Positions 29,467 to 38,516 of a DNA stretch of 49,979 nt are shown one piece after another. How positions within the stretch are numbered: the first letter of the stretch is position 1; each line of letters starts with the position of its first letter. Where the stretch lies: positions 1-49,979 of the forward strand of contig DASVUW010000348.1 of assembly GCA_036386845.1 (NCBI GenBank). Direction: 5' to 3'. Source of the DNA: Allosphingosinicella sp. (GTDB taxonomy: Bacteria > Pseudomonadota > Alphaproteobacteria > Sphingomonadales > Sphingomonadaceae). Under the pieces are notes generated by a model that did no database searches, was not told the origin of the DNA, and worked only from the letters and a program-made list of their open reading frames with translations. Position numbers and translations under genes: made by a program.

Positions 29467-30138
29467 ATGAAGATGAGATTTGCAGGGCTGGCTCTGCTGG
29501 CGGGTGTCTACGGGGCGCCGATTGTTCCAGACCAGGCGGCGGCGAAGCCGCAATTGTACGAGCCTTCGGTGCTGGCGATCGCCGGAATCCGGGTCGGCAT
29601 GACATCGGCGCAGGTGTCCTCGACATTGAAGGCGGCGGGATATGTTCGCGATCACTTGGTGACGAACAAGTCCTGGGAGGAGAAGATCGTGCGGGAGCTC
29701 GCCAGCACGCGCGGGGTCCCGCTGACCAGGGCCTTTCGGGAGGTCGCCTGGCACGAGACCTGGCGCAAGCGCGAGGAGCGGGTTGAGGTCTACTACCGGC
29801 CGATGCCATCTGGTCCGTTCGTGAGCGGCGTCGACTATGGGATGGGCAATGCCGCCATGAGCGAAGAGGCGTTCCGGGCGGCGGCGCGCGCTCGCTATGG
29901 CGTCCAGTCGGCGGGCGGTTCGTTGGAGATGATCTACTGCAGTGTCGGTGAGGCGATCTGCAGTGTGCTGGATTTCCAGAATCCCAAGCAGCTGCCTTAC
30001 ATCATCGTCCGTCCCATCGGCGGCGCCGAACGCTCGATTGATCTCCGCTCGGGCGCTAGGGCGCAGAAGGACTATGACGCGGCCTTCAAGGCCGAGTTGG
30101 CGAGGCGGGTGCCGGCAATGAAGCGCCCGACCTTCTGA
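29467..30138 (+). CDS. Secreted hypothetical protein
   Basis: Signal-like MKMRFAGLALLAG; IAGIRVGMTSAQV motif; start uncertain (29452/29467/29473). Confidence 0.65.
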   Translation: MKMRFAGLALLAGVYGAPIVPDQAAAKPQLYEPSVLAIAGIRVGMTSAQVSSTLKAAGYVRDHLVTNKSWEEKIVRELASTRGVPLTRAFREVAWHETWRKREERVEVYYRPMPSGPFVSGVDYGMGNAAMSEEAFRAAARARYGVQSAGGSLEMIYCSVGEAICSVLDFQNPKQLPYIIVRPIGGAERSIDLRSGARAQKDYDAAFKAELARRVPAMKRPTF

Positions 30139-30153
30139 TCCCGGGGAGCCTAA

Positions 30154-30336
30154 GTGGCGGCCTTGGCCAATTCGGCGGAAATCGCGGCGCTTCGCGCGGA
30201 GACGACATCCTTGTTGGTCGCGCTCGATGAGATGGAGCTGTGCGAGGCTGCCGCTCTCCTTTCAATGGCTGTCGACGCCTTGGACCTCAGCGCGAATGAT
30301 CTGCGCGGAGACACCTGTCCGCGAGCCGATCAGTGA
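30154..30336 (+). CDS. Small hypothetical protein
   Basis: GGGGAG RBS, GTG start; LD...AAALLSMAVDAL helical pattern. Confidence 0.45.
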   Translation: MAALANSAEIAALRAETTSLLVALDEMELCEAAALLSMAVDALDLSANDLRGDTCPRADQ

Positions 30337-30600
30337 GGATACCCCTGCCACCACTTGGTGGGGGACGGGACCGGAGCATGGACAACACAGGGGCTCCGGT
30401 CCCCGACTGAATTGCGTAGACAGGCCCATTTAGTGCGCCTGACGACGGCCCCGGGCGCAATCGCGGGTCATCAGACGTTACACCTTGGACATTTCCGCAG
30501 GCGCTCGGAGGCACGCAGTCCGAAGCATCACATGCCATGACGCGTGCACATTGCTGGTGTAGGCTACCCGCATAGATTCATATTTGGAAAACTGGGTAGA

Positions 30601-31299
30601 ATGGGCGTCGCCGACGACATCAAAAAGAACTCAAAGGATGCCTTTGGCTCCCAGTGGGCGACGCGGGACGGCCTTGTCGTTCCCGACGCGAGTGACCTGA
30701 AGCTGTCCAACGATGCAGTTCGTTTTGAAACGGCCACCGTCCTGTACGCCGATCTCGACGGATCGACAGGCCTTGTCGAGGACCATCGCTGGGATTTCGC
30801 TGGAGAGGTTTATAAGGCATTCCTCTACGCCGCCTCGCGGCTTATCCGGTATCATGGGGGGTCGATCGTGTCCTACGACGGCGATCGGGTGATGGGGATA
30901 TTCATCTCGGACAGTCAGCGTAACAGCGCCGTCGCGTGCGCCTTGGAAATCAATTACGCTGTCAGGAACATAGTCCAAGCTGAGCTTAAGCAAATCTGGA
31001 AAACAGATTTTGAGATCCGGCATGTCGTAGGGATCGACACATCTGAAATTCGTGCGGCAAGAACCGGTGTGCGTGGTGACAACGATCTTGTCTGGATTGG
31101 GAACGCCGCCAACCTAGCCGCGAAGTTGACCGCGCTCAGCTCCGACAATCCTACCTGGATTACGAAACGGATCTACGACTATCTCCAGAATGACCAAAAG
31201 CTTGGCTCCGCCGGGGAAAACATCTGGCGGGAGTGGCTCTGGAACGAGCACGACAACCAGACCATATATTCGTCGAGCTACTGGAGAGAGCTGGCTTGA
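30601..31299 (+). CDS. pycC: Pycsar-type class III pyrimidine nucleotide cyclase (single domain)
   Basis: TVLYADLDGST, SYDGDRVMGIF, VGIDT, DLVWIGNAANLAAKL, C-terminal IYSSSYW; adjacent cNMP-TIR effector. Confidence 0.88.
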   Translation: MGVADDIKKNSKDAFGSQWATRDGLVVPDASDLKLSNDAVRFETATVLYADLDGSTGLVEDHRWDFAGEVYKAFLYAASRLIRYHGGSIVSYDGDRVMGIFISDSQRNSAVACALEINYAVRNIVQAELKQIWKTDFEIRHVVGIDTSEIRAARTGVRGDNDLVWIGNAANLAAKLTALSSDNPTWITKRIYDYLQNDQKLGSAGENIWREWLWNEHDNQTIYSSSYWRELA

Positions 31300-32216
31300 G
31301 CACGATGATCGACCGCTTCAAAGGCGACCCAGGCCGCAGCAACCTGATGGACGCGGTGATGCAGCAGGCGATCGCCGGCGGCAATCGCGATTTGGCAACC
31401 GAGCTTGCGGACCGGCTCGAGCTTATTGAGGTCGCCGAGGGTGAAGCTCTCATCACTCAAGGTGCCGACGATAACGACCTGTTCCTCATAATAGCGGGAG
31501 CATTTAGCATCATCGTGAACGGGCGCGGCGTGGCAGTGCGCGGCAGGGGGGATCACGTCGGTGAGATGGCTCTGATCGAGCCCACCCAGCTTCGGTCGGC
31601 AAGCGTCGTCGCGATGCAAGCCTCTATCGTAGGTAAGCTCTCATATGCTGACGTAACCGACTTGGCCGGGCGCCATCCCGAGATCTATCGAGCCTTGGCC
31701 AAGGCGCTCGCGCGACGCCTGCTCGAGCGGAACAAGCTCGTCGGGCAACACCGCGAAGAGATCCGCGTCTTCATCATATCGTCCGCTGAAGCGCTCCCCG
31801 TCGCCCGCATCATTCAAAATGCGCTCGCCCATGATTTCCTCGTGACCCTGTGGACCGACGGTGTGTTCAGGGCCACAAGCTATGCACTCGAGTCACTCGA
31901 AAGCGCGGTCGACGAGTCCGACTTCGCGATTGCCGTAGCTCATAGCGATGACCTGACACTTTTCCGTGGCGCTGATTGGCCGACTCCCCGTGACAACGTC
32001 GTCTTCGAACTCGGACTTTTCATGGGGAGGCTCGGTCGGAAACGAGCAATCCTGATGGAGCCGCGTGAGGACAAGGTAAAGCTGCCCAGCGACCTCAGCG
32101 GCATCACCACGATCCCATACAGTTACCAACCGGGGAAAGATGCGGCTGCGCGGATGGCGCCCGCCTGCAATCTCCTTCGCGATCACATCAACGAGTGGGG
32201 CGCATTCAACGGCTAG
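31296..32216 (+). CDS. pycTIR: Pycsar effector: cyclic-nucleotide-binding domain + TIR NADase
   Basis: GDHVGEMAL...RSASV (cNMP-binding); VFIISSAE, DFAIAV, PRDNVVFELGLFMG, LPSDLSG (TIR); TTGA overlap (alternative ATG 31305). Confidence 0.92.
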   Translation: MSTMIDRFKGDPGRSNLMDAVMQQAIAGGNRDLATELADRLELIEVAEGEALITQGADDNDLFLIIAGAFSIIVNGRGVAVRGRGDHVGEMALIEPTQLRSASVVAMQASIVGKLSYADVTDLAGRHPEIYRALAKALARRLLERNKLVGQHREEIRVFIISSAEALPVARIIQNALAHDFLVTLWTDGVFRATSYALESLESAVDESDFAIAVAHSDDLTLFRGADWPTPRDNVVFELGLFMGRLGRKRAILMEPREDKVKLPSDLSGITTIPYSYQPGKDAAARMAPACNLLRDHINEWGAFNG

Positions 32217-32314
32217 ATCCCTTCCTAGCCAACAGCCCCATGTTCTGCTAAAGTTCCGGTCCATCATTCGGTCGCAGCCTCTCGGTGATTCGCGATCAAC
32301 AGAGAGGCTGCAAA

Positions 32315-33907
32315 ATGGCATGGAGTGAAGATCGCGCCAGGAAGCGCATCCGGGGTTTCATGGATAGCGTTCCTCAGGGGAACATTAAGGTCGAGGACTT
32401 TCGGACCTTCCTCACCGAAACGCGAATGCAAAAGGGCTTCGCGGTCGAAGCGTCGGTCCAGGCTGCGCTGGTAGACATTCCCCGCAATCGGGCGATCACC
32501 ACCGATGCGGTTCACGTTTATGCCAACCTCATTGCCTTCAATGACGTCCTGACAGAGGCGGGACGGGAAACTGAGGCGAGCCACGGACGTGCGCTGGAAT
32601 TTCTGCATGCGCACTATGGGGGCTGCGATGCGCTTATCGACGAGTTCGAGATGCAGCGGGTCGATTTTCATGGATCCAGGTTGCACGCGGTAGTGCTGGC
32701 TCCGGATGGAGCGGAGAACGAAGGTGAGCGCGTCCGTGTCGCTGTGGCCTTCGCGGCGGCCTTTCGCGAAATGGTTGAGCGTCTTGGCCGCGATCATCCC
32801 AACTTCAAGACGGAGGTTTGCATCGGTATCGACAGCGGTCCCGCTGTCGCGATCGATTCAGGTCGGCGAGGCGAGCGTGAACCCCTCTTCATCGGCAGTC
32901 CTGCCAACCATGCCGCAAAGCTGGCCAATGGTGATCACGAAAGCCTGAATCTCAGTCCTCGGGCCGCTGCCGCCCTTGGCCAAAATGCTGACCCGCTGAC
33001 CAAAAGCCTCATTCTCACCGAGGATGTCGGACGCCGGTATCTTGGCGACGAGGTGACCACGGCCAGCGTCCAGCGGAGCGGCACCGCCAGGCTCGAGAAG
33101 GCCTACGCCTCGATCGTGGAGAGTCTCGATGAGCGGGCAAGCTCAGGCTCCAGTGAGGCGGTGTTCAGGTTCCACCACAAGGAACCGCCGCTGAAGGATC
33201 TGGTCTATGCCGACCATCCTCCCAGCAACGCCGTCCGCATGGACCTCGCGTCGATCTTTGCCGACGTCGACAATTTCACCCCTTATATCGACAGGGCGAT
33301 CGCTACTGGACAGATCGCGGAGGCGGTAGCCAACCTTCACGTGATTCGCGCAGAAATGGGTGCTGTCCTGCGTGACGATTTCGGGGGCCGAAAGGTCCGC
33401 TATATCGGTGACTGCATCCATGGGCTGCTCGCCGAAGGCGACAGGATTAAAACGGATCCCATCGCGACGATGAAGAAAGCAGTCGGCGCGGCCGCCGCGT
33501 TGCGTTCGTCCTTCGAGCTCTGCCAAGAAATGCTCCCGGGAGTGGAAGGCCTCGGTCTCGCTATCGGGATCGACTACGGGACCACTCCCATCTGCCGGCT
33601 CGGTTTACGGGGGGCGGCCAGCGTTCGCGCAGCGGCGAGCCGGGCAACGTGCGTTTCCGAGGCAGAGCAGAGGCGATGCAGCGGCACTGAAACCGCTCTG
33701 GGAGAGAGCGGGTACAAGGCGTCACCGGCGAGCATTCGCGAAGCCTTCTCCACCGACCGCGTGATCCAAAATCTGGACGCCGATACAGCGGAGGTGCTGC
33801 TGGGCACCATGCAGTCTCCCTACATCGCCAGCGGGGCAGAGCCAGATCCTATGCGCGCCCATGAGCCGGAAGCGGCTGCTCCCATGCGTGCCCATGACCG
33901 AAGTTGA
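32315..33907 (+). CDS. Pycsar-type cyclase with two fused class III cyclase domains (530 aa)
   Basis: Domain 1: VYANL/FHGSRL/IGIDSG/GSPANHAAKL; domain 2: IFADVDNFT/YIGDC/IGIDYG. Confidence 0.8.
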   Translation: MAWSEDRARKRIRGFMDSVPQGNIKVEDFRTFLTETRMQKGFAVEASVQAALVDIPRNRAITTDAVHVYANLIAFNDVLTEAGRETEASHGRALEFLHAHYGGCDALIDEFEMQRVDFHGSRLHAVVLAPDGAENEGERVRVAVAFAAAFREMVERLGRDHPNFKTEVCIGIDSGPAVAIDSGRRGEREPLFIGSPANHAAKLANGDHESLNLSPRAAAALGQNADPLTKSLILTEDVGRRYLGDEVTTASVQRSGTARLEKAYASIVESLDERASSGSSEAVFRFHHKEPPLKDLVYADHPPSNAVRMDLASIFADVDNFTPYIDRAIATGQIAEAVANLHVIRAEMGAVLRDDFGGRKVRYIGDCIHGLLAEGDRIKTDPIATMKKAVGAAAALRSSFELCQEMLPGVEGLGLAIGIDYGTTPICRLGLRGAASVRAAASRATCVSEAEQRRCSGTETALGESGYKASPASIREAFSTDRVIQNLDADTAEVLLGTMQSPYIASGAEPDPMRAHEPEAAAPMRAHDRS

Positions 33908-34677
33908 GATCTGCTACTCGTTACCTGGCTGATGCCGCTCCAGTCTGGTTTTCAGTCGATGCGGTCGATAGCCAATCGCTGACCGGACGTGCCCGCGCAC
34001 CTAAGACGCCTTGGGTCGCAAACGGCCTGCGCCTTCGCATATTCGGGCACCCCAAGCCGAGGGTGGGCGAGGAAGTGCCGGGGACCGACCTGCCGGCTCG
34101 ATGCCCGGAACGTCATATCCAGGGGGACAAAACCTTCTGTCTTGGGCTTAGATATATCGACGTTCGTTCGCCAGGAGACGCCGCGCAATGGTGGGAGCAG
34201 TTACGTCAGTTCTTGACCTGCCAGGCGGTTGCTGAACGTACACGGATCTGGCCGCCGGGGCATGCGCTCGACCACGGCGAGGCGGGAGAGCATCACGAAC
34301 GAGCCTTGGCCTTGGCCGCCGAGGCAGGCATGGAAGAAGAATATGCTGCGGCGCGGCTGAATGAAGAGAGCTGGCTGACGGATCCCAAGCTTCGCCTGTT
34401 CGACAAGAAGGGGAAGCCAATCAACAGCCGGTCCGTCTGCCCGCGCGGTTGTCGGCGCCGCGCCCGGGGGCGCTTAGTTCCGATCCTCAGGAAGGACTGC
34501 GCGAGGCGTAAGCTAGTCGTCGACCTTGCGTTCACGGAACGACTGCGGCGCAAAGCGTTGGCGGAATACTGGCAGCATGTTTTCAAAGAGGGAACGCGCT
34601 GCTGCAGAACCATGCGTTCATGTCCACTTGGGGAGCATGAAGACAAGTCGAAAATTGCGGGAGGAGACATTCAATGA
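33904..34677 (+). CDS. Prokaryotic E2 (ubiquitin-conjugating-like) protein with Cys-rich C-terminus
   Basis: CPERHIQGDKTFCLG matches the E2 H.N..G.(I/F)CL signature; CPRGC...C...CCRTMRSC; TTGA overlap with cyclase. Confidence 0.7.
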   Translation: MRSATRYLADAAPVWFSVDAVDSQSLTGRARAPKTPWVANGLRLRIFGHPKPRVGEEVPGTDLPARCPERHIQGDKTFCLGLRYIDVRSPGDAAQWWEQLRQFLTCQAVAERTRIWPPGHALDHGEAGEHHERALALAAEAGMEEEYAAARLNEESWLTDPKLRLFDKKGKPINSRSVCPRGCRRRARGRLVPILRKDCARRKLVVDLAFTERLRRKALAEYWQHVFKEGTRCCRTMRSCPLGEHEDKSKIAGGDIQ

Positions 34678-35177
34678 AGGAGATCGACGTGATTCAGCGT
34701 CAGCTGGATCGAGTGCTTAACTTTTTTCCGCGTGTCGAAGCTCGCATCAACGGGCTGTTTGGGGTGAACACGCTGATGTTCGCCCTCACCGCCCTAAACG
34801 TCTCCGTGGCGGACCTCAGGTTGTGGTACGTGACCGTGCCGGGGGCGGCCGTCCTTGCAGGATTGGTGACCTCCTACGCATTCCTATTCAAAGCGAACTT
34901 CCCTGAGGAGAGGGGCGGCGAAGGCAGCCTTATCTACTTCAAGCGGATTCGCGAGCGGACCGAAGCTACTTATCTTTCAGAGCTCCTTGCCTGCAGCGAT
35001 GAGGAGTTCCGCAAGGACCTCATTGGACAAATCTGGCGCAATTCAGATATCCTGTGTTTGAAGTTCGGTTGGGTCAAAAAGGCTATTATAGCGACCGCCC
35101 TGTCGCTGGTGCCATTCATCATTTTCCTGGCGACGACGGCGGCCATTCATGACCGGATCCCAGTCTTCAAAGGGTAA
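34674..35177 (+). CDS. Pycsar transmembrane effector (PycTM/DUF5706-like)
   Basis: Two N-terminal hydrophobic segments, FP....SLIYF..I, DL..QI..NS.I...K followed by a terminal TM; ATGA overlap. Confidence 0.82.
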   Translation: MKEIDVIQRQLDRVLNFFPRVEARINGLFGVNTLMFALTALNVSVADLRLWYVTVPGAAVLAGLVTSYAFLFKANFPEERGGEGSLIYFKRIRERTEATYLSELLACSDEEFRKDLIGQIWRNSDILCLKFGWVKKAIIATALSLVPFIIFLATTAAIHDRIPVFKG

Positions 35178-35288
35178 TGAGTCTGGCAGCAGACTGCCAC
35201 TCGCGCGGCGGCGCGGAGCATCTTCTGGGGGTGTGCCTCTGAGCCGTGCAACTTTCCGGCTTGAAGAGAAGGTTGTGGTGAGGGCGGT

Positions 35289-35840
35289 GTGTCGGAGGCA
35301 GCGGACAGGGTCACTACACGTTTTTGGGAACTGGACCTGTCGCTAGCCGGCAAGGTGCAGACGCCAGCGAAGCGGCCGGCCAAGCGCAAAAGGCAGGCGA
35401 TCGCGCGTTTCGCCGGGCGTGAAGGGACGATTGAGCGCTTCGCGGTGCGCCAGACCATTCCCTATTGTGGATATGAGGTCGAGTGTCCTCCGAGCCAGGC
35501 GCAGTATGGCGCCGTCTGCGACTTCTTCGCCGAGGTGTGCGAGACGCGATATCAGGCCAATACGCTGCTCAGCGCGAGGGATTATGCTGAGGTCGTTGCA
35601 AAAGGCTTCCCCTTCACCGCCGCGCGGAGGCGCTTGATTTGGGTTTGCGCGACGGCGTTCATCCTTTCGGACCGAGAACTTAGATCGCTAGTGCGCTCTT
35701 GGAGCATCGCTTGCTGGTCGAGGGGTTCGTCGGGGGTGTCAGGCGGCATCGTTCATCACAAGCCGTACCGGCGGGTCGCGAAGTTTGCGGCCGGGCTGGT
35801 GGACGACATGCGAGGAGAAGGAGCGGAGATTTTCGGCTGA
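35289..35840 (+). CDS. Hypothetical protein
   Basis: 183-aa ORF with GAGG RBS and GTG start filling the gap; no motif recognised. Confidence 0.5.
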   Translation: MSEAADRVTTRFWELDLSLAGKVQTPAKRPAKRKRQAIARFAGREGTIERFAVRQTIPYCGYEVECPPSQAQYGAVCDFFAEVCETRYQANTLLSARDYAEVVAKGFPFTAARRRLIWVCATAFILSDRELRSLVRSWSIACWSRGSSGVSGGIVHHKPYRRVAKFAAGLVDDMRGEGAEIFG

Positions 35841-35896
35841 CGAATTGGCTGTGCTGGCAGCTCGACGCGTGAGGTGGCCTGCAGCGGCGCACGGCG

Positions 35897-36655
35897 CTAT
35901 CGGCTCGGGCCTTTGTCCCGCTGGCGCGCTGCCAGCGCGAGCTCATAGGCAAGGTCGGCCCGATATTCGTCCACTTTCTCGCGCATGGCCGTGAGCAAAG
36001 ACTCCTTGTCCTGAGGAGCGTTCGGCAGAAGCGCCTTAAAACCGGGATCCGTGAGTTGGAAGGTGGTCGGGGAGAGACGGTCGAGAAGGTGGTCGGTGCT
36101 GAGGTGCCTCTTCCGCTCGTCCATGGCGGTGAGGATATCCTCGATGGAACGGTCGCGGCGGTCGAGGAAGAACCACAGGTCGTAGAGATCGCGACTGGTC
36201 TTGCGGTCGAGGACGAGAGAACTTTTCAGGGCGAAGACGCTGTCGGGATCGAGGATCTTGATCTGCTCGAGCTGAAGAGGGTGGGCCCGATCGTAGACGT
36301 CGAGTTGCGCTTGGCTGAAGGGAGCGAAGAAGGTTACCTTCACCCTTCCGATCTGCCAGTCCTGCTGCGTTTCATTGAGGTCGAAACCGTCGTTTTCGGC
36401 GTCGAGGAGTGCGGCTTGGTCCGTGATGAGCTTGGGCTGGATGTCTCTAGCGAGGCTCTTGAGGAGCTTCTCGATCTGACGTTGCGGCAGTCTGCCTTGA
36501 GTCCAGGCGAGATCGAGGTCCTCGCTCTCTCGGTGCTTCGTTTGGAGGGCAAGCGCGGTGCCACCGATCAGCGTGAAGCCCTGGGCCTCTTCGAGCGTCA
36601 GGAGCCGTCGGAAGAGCTCTGCTGTGCTTTCAGGCAGGGCGTCGAAGTGCAGCAC
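35897..36655 (-). CDS. AbiEii/AbiGii-family nucleotidyltransferase toxin
   Basis: LIGGTALAL..HRESEDLD, K......R...RDLYDL; GTG start at 36655. Confidence 0.88.
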   Translation of the reverse strand: MLHFDALPESTAELFRRLLTLEEAQGFTLIGGTALALQTKHRESEDLDLAWTQGRLPQRQIEKLLKSLARDIQPKLITDQAALLDAENDGFDLNETQQDWQIGRVKVTFFAPFSQAQLDVYDRAHPLQLEQIKILDPDSVFALKSSLVLDRKTSRDLYDLWFFLDRRDRSIEDILTAMDERKRHLSTDHLLDRLSPTTFQLTDPGFKALLPNAPQDKESLLTAMREKVDEYRADLAYELALAARQRDKGPSR

Positions 36656-36938
36656 GCTCGAGTCCTTTGAGAACTGGGTCCCAGATGCGGGCGAGATAGG
36701 TCCGGCGGAACACCGGCAGGTCGGGTTCCAGCCTCGCTTTGACGTCGACGACGGCATCGAGGCCGTAGCTGAGGATTGTTTGCGTGAGATCGTGGGTGGT
36801 GGGCCGCTCGAGCACCATGGCTATGATCGTCATTGGATCATCGAGAGATGGGTTGGACCAGGCGCGATTGATCTCCAGAGCGGGTGCGGCCGGCTCTGGT
36901 GTGGATCTTCTGGTACTGGGACCGCGCGTCTGCCGCAT
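36630..36938 (-). CDS. Putative cognate antitoxin of the AbiEii-like toxin
   Basis: Small upstream gene overlapping the toxin start; WSNP...IIAMVLERP..HDL..YG pattern. Confidence 0.65.
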   Translation of the reverse strand: MRQTRGPSTRRSTPEPAAPALEINRAWSNPSLDDPMTIIAMVLERPTTHDLTQTILSYGLDAVVDVKARLEPDLPVFRRTYLARIWDPVLKGLERAALRRPA

Positions 36939-37064
36939 GTCTGAGCCGTATTCCAATATCCGCAGCTAGTATATGCATTGCCAGTTGCACGGACAATCTA
37001 AGGCAGTCTGCGCGGGGGCTTCGACGCAGTCACGCACCTTGCCTGAGCATAGCATGGCGTTGGG

Positions 37065-37295
37065 TCAGCCAAACATCGTGCCATTCACGATCGCACTGAT
37101 TGCGTGGCCTCGGAAAGATCGCGGCAGCGTCCATTTGCCGTAGCGGGATCGGACGGTCTCCCCGGGAGCGTAGCGTCCGGGAAGCAGCCGCTCCAGTCCG
37201 GGGATCGAGCCTAGGACGACGCTGCGGCGCCGGCTCGTCGTGACTTGTGTGAGCTCCTGGCGGAGCGGTGTCGCTCTTAGGGCTAGATTTTTCAT
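37065..37295 (-). CDS. Small basic hypothetical protein
   Basis: 76-aa ORF downstream of the ArsR gene with AAAGG upstream; no family recognised. Confidence 0.4.
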   Translation of the reverse strand: MKNLALRATPLRQELTQVTTSRRRSVVLGSIPGLERLLPGRYAPGETVRSRYGKWTLPRSFRGHAISAIVNGTMFG

Positions 37296-37367
37296 CGGAC
37301 GAACCTTTCGTCGCCCTCCCCTCCCCTTTTATATTTTTCTCAGGCCCCCTTCGGGCCGGCAGATCGC

Positions 37368-37637
37368 TCAGCCGGCGGAGAGGAAACGATCGACGGCTTC
37401 AGCGGCTTGGGACTCGGCCCGGTAGATGATCGACCGGCTCTGGCGTTCCGAGCTAACCAGGCCGGCTCGGGCGAGGATGCCCATGTGGGTCGACATGGTG
37501 TTTTGCGGAACCTTGAGCCGGGTGGCTATTTCCCCGGAGGACAGGCCGTCGGGTTTTTGCGCCAGGAGGCGGAAGGCGGAGAAGCGGGTCTCCTGGGCGA
37601 GGGCGGCAAACATCGCAATGGCGGTCTTCTCGTCCAC
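37368..37637 (-). CDS. ArsR/SmtB-family regulator (no cysteines)
   Basis: FAALAQETR..AFRLL...GLSSGEIA..L.VPQNTMSTHM..L.RAGLV..ERQSRSIIYRA. Confidence 0.88.
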   Translation of the reverse strand: MDEKTAIAMFAALAQETRFSAFRLLAQKPDGLSSGEIATRLKVPQNTMSTHMGILARAGLVSSERQSRSIIYRAESQAAEAVDRFLSAG

Positions 37638-37660
37638 CCATCCACGATAGTGGATGGGTG
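37635..37660. promoter_or_regulatory. 11-bp perfect inverted repeat over the ArsR start codon (putative operator)
   Basis: CACCCATCCAC-GATA-GTGGATGGGTG. Confidence 0.65.
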
Positions 37661-37796
37661 AGGCTGCGCATACAAAATTCTGTTCCAAAAAACGCTATCC
37701 ACATATCCAGAAGTATTGAATAATCAGAAGACGGCGGCTATATCCGGTGCGCCTTGTCTCCTGTCGATGTGCGGGAGGCCCTCATGGGAGGATTGC

Positions 37797-38516
37797 ATGG
37801 ACCTCGTCGCTGCTGCCGATTCTGTCTCCTTTTCACCGGTATTCCCACTGCAGCCGCTGGCTGCGTGCCCCATATTGTCTGACCTCTTCGATCCCCTGGA
37901 AGCTGACGACCGTGGCGACGCCCCGGTTCTCACGACGGAGCGCCGGCTTCGCCGGCTCGCGATCGTTGCAGCGGACACGGGCGCGCGTTTCGCGCGCGAG
38001 CGGATCGACCACGATCCGATGGCCTGGCTTCTTGCGCCTCGGGCGCTCTTCGGCGGCCGCCGGCCGCTCGAAGCCTGTCAGGATCGTACCGGCTTTCTGA
38101 GAGCCGCGCTTCTGCACGGCCTCTCCCTCGGCCTGGATGCGGATCCCGGGGAGGTGGATGCTCTTGCTGATGACGGCGACGTCGGCGCTTCGGCACCCGA
38201 GGCTGGAGGGCCCGGCGCTCCTCTCCCGTTCAATTTACGCTTCTTCGCCTGCTCGATAGAGGAGCTCGACTGTCTCGCCGGTGGCGGCGTGTTGTGGCTC
38301 ATGACCGCCCCGGACGATAATGCGGCCCGCGCGAGGCTCCGCAGGCGCTATGGACATCCCGCCGACCGGGCGGTGATACGGGAGGTGCCCAGGACGTCAG
38401 ACGGCGTCGCGCCCGGCGACGATTTCCTTTCGCGGCTTCTCGTCGTCCTCCTGGGGGTCGCCGGCGACGCCGCCGAGAGGGTGGAGTTCCGCCTCGAGAT
38501 CGGGCGCTTCGCGTGA
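37797..38516 (+). CDS. Hypothetical protein with MbcA/ParS/Xre-antitoxin-like segment
   Basis: GGAGGA RBS; AWLLAPRALFGGRRPLEA resembles W...P...L.G..P.. of that family. Confidence 0.55.
   Translation: MDLVAAADSVSFSPVFPLQPLAACPILSDLFDPLEADDRGDAPVLTTERRLRRLAIVAADTGARFARERIDHDPMAWLLAPRALFGGRRPLEACQDRTGFLRAALLHGLSLGLDADPGEVDALADDGDVGASAPEAGGPGAPLPFNLRFFACSIEELDCLAGGGVLWLMTAPDDNAARARLRRRYGHPADRAVIREVPRTSDGVAPGDDFLSRLLVVLLGVAGDAAERVEFRLEIGRFA

Noticed and set aside
31296-32216. Thoeris or CBASS TIR effector
   Set aside because: TIR is fused to a cNMP-binding domain and paired with a class III cyclase; no CD-NTase or ThsA present
37368-37637. Arsenic resistance operon
   Set aside because: ArsR lacks cysteines and no arsB/arsC/acr3/arsH genes are adjacent
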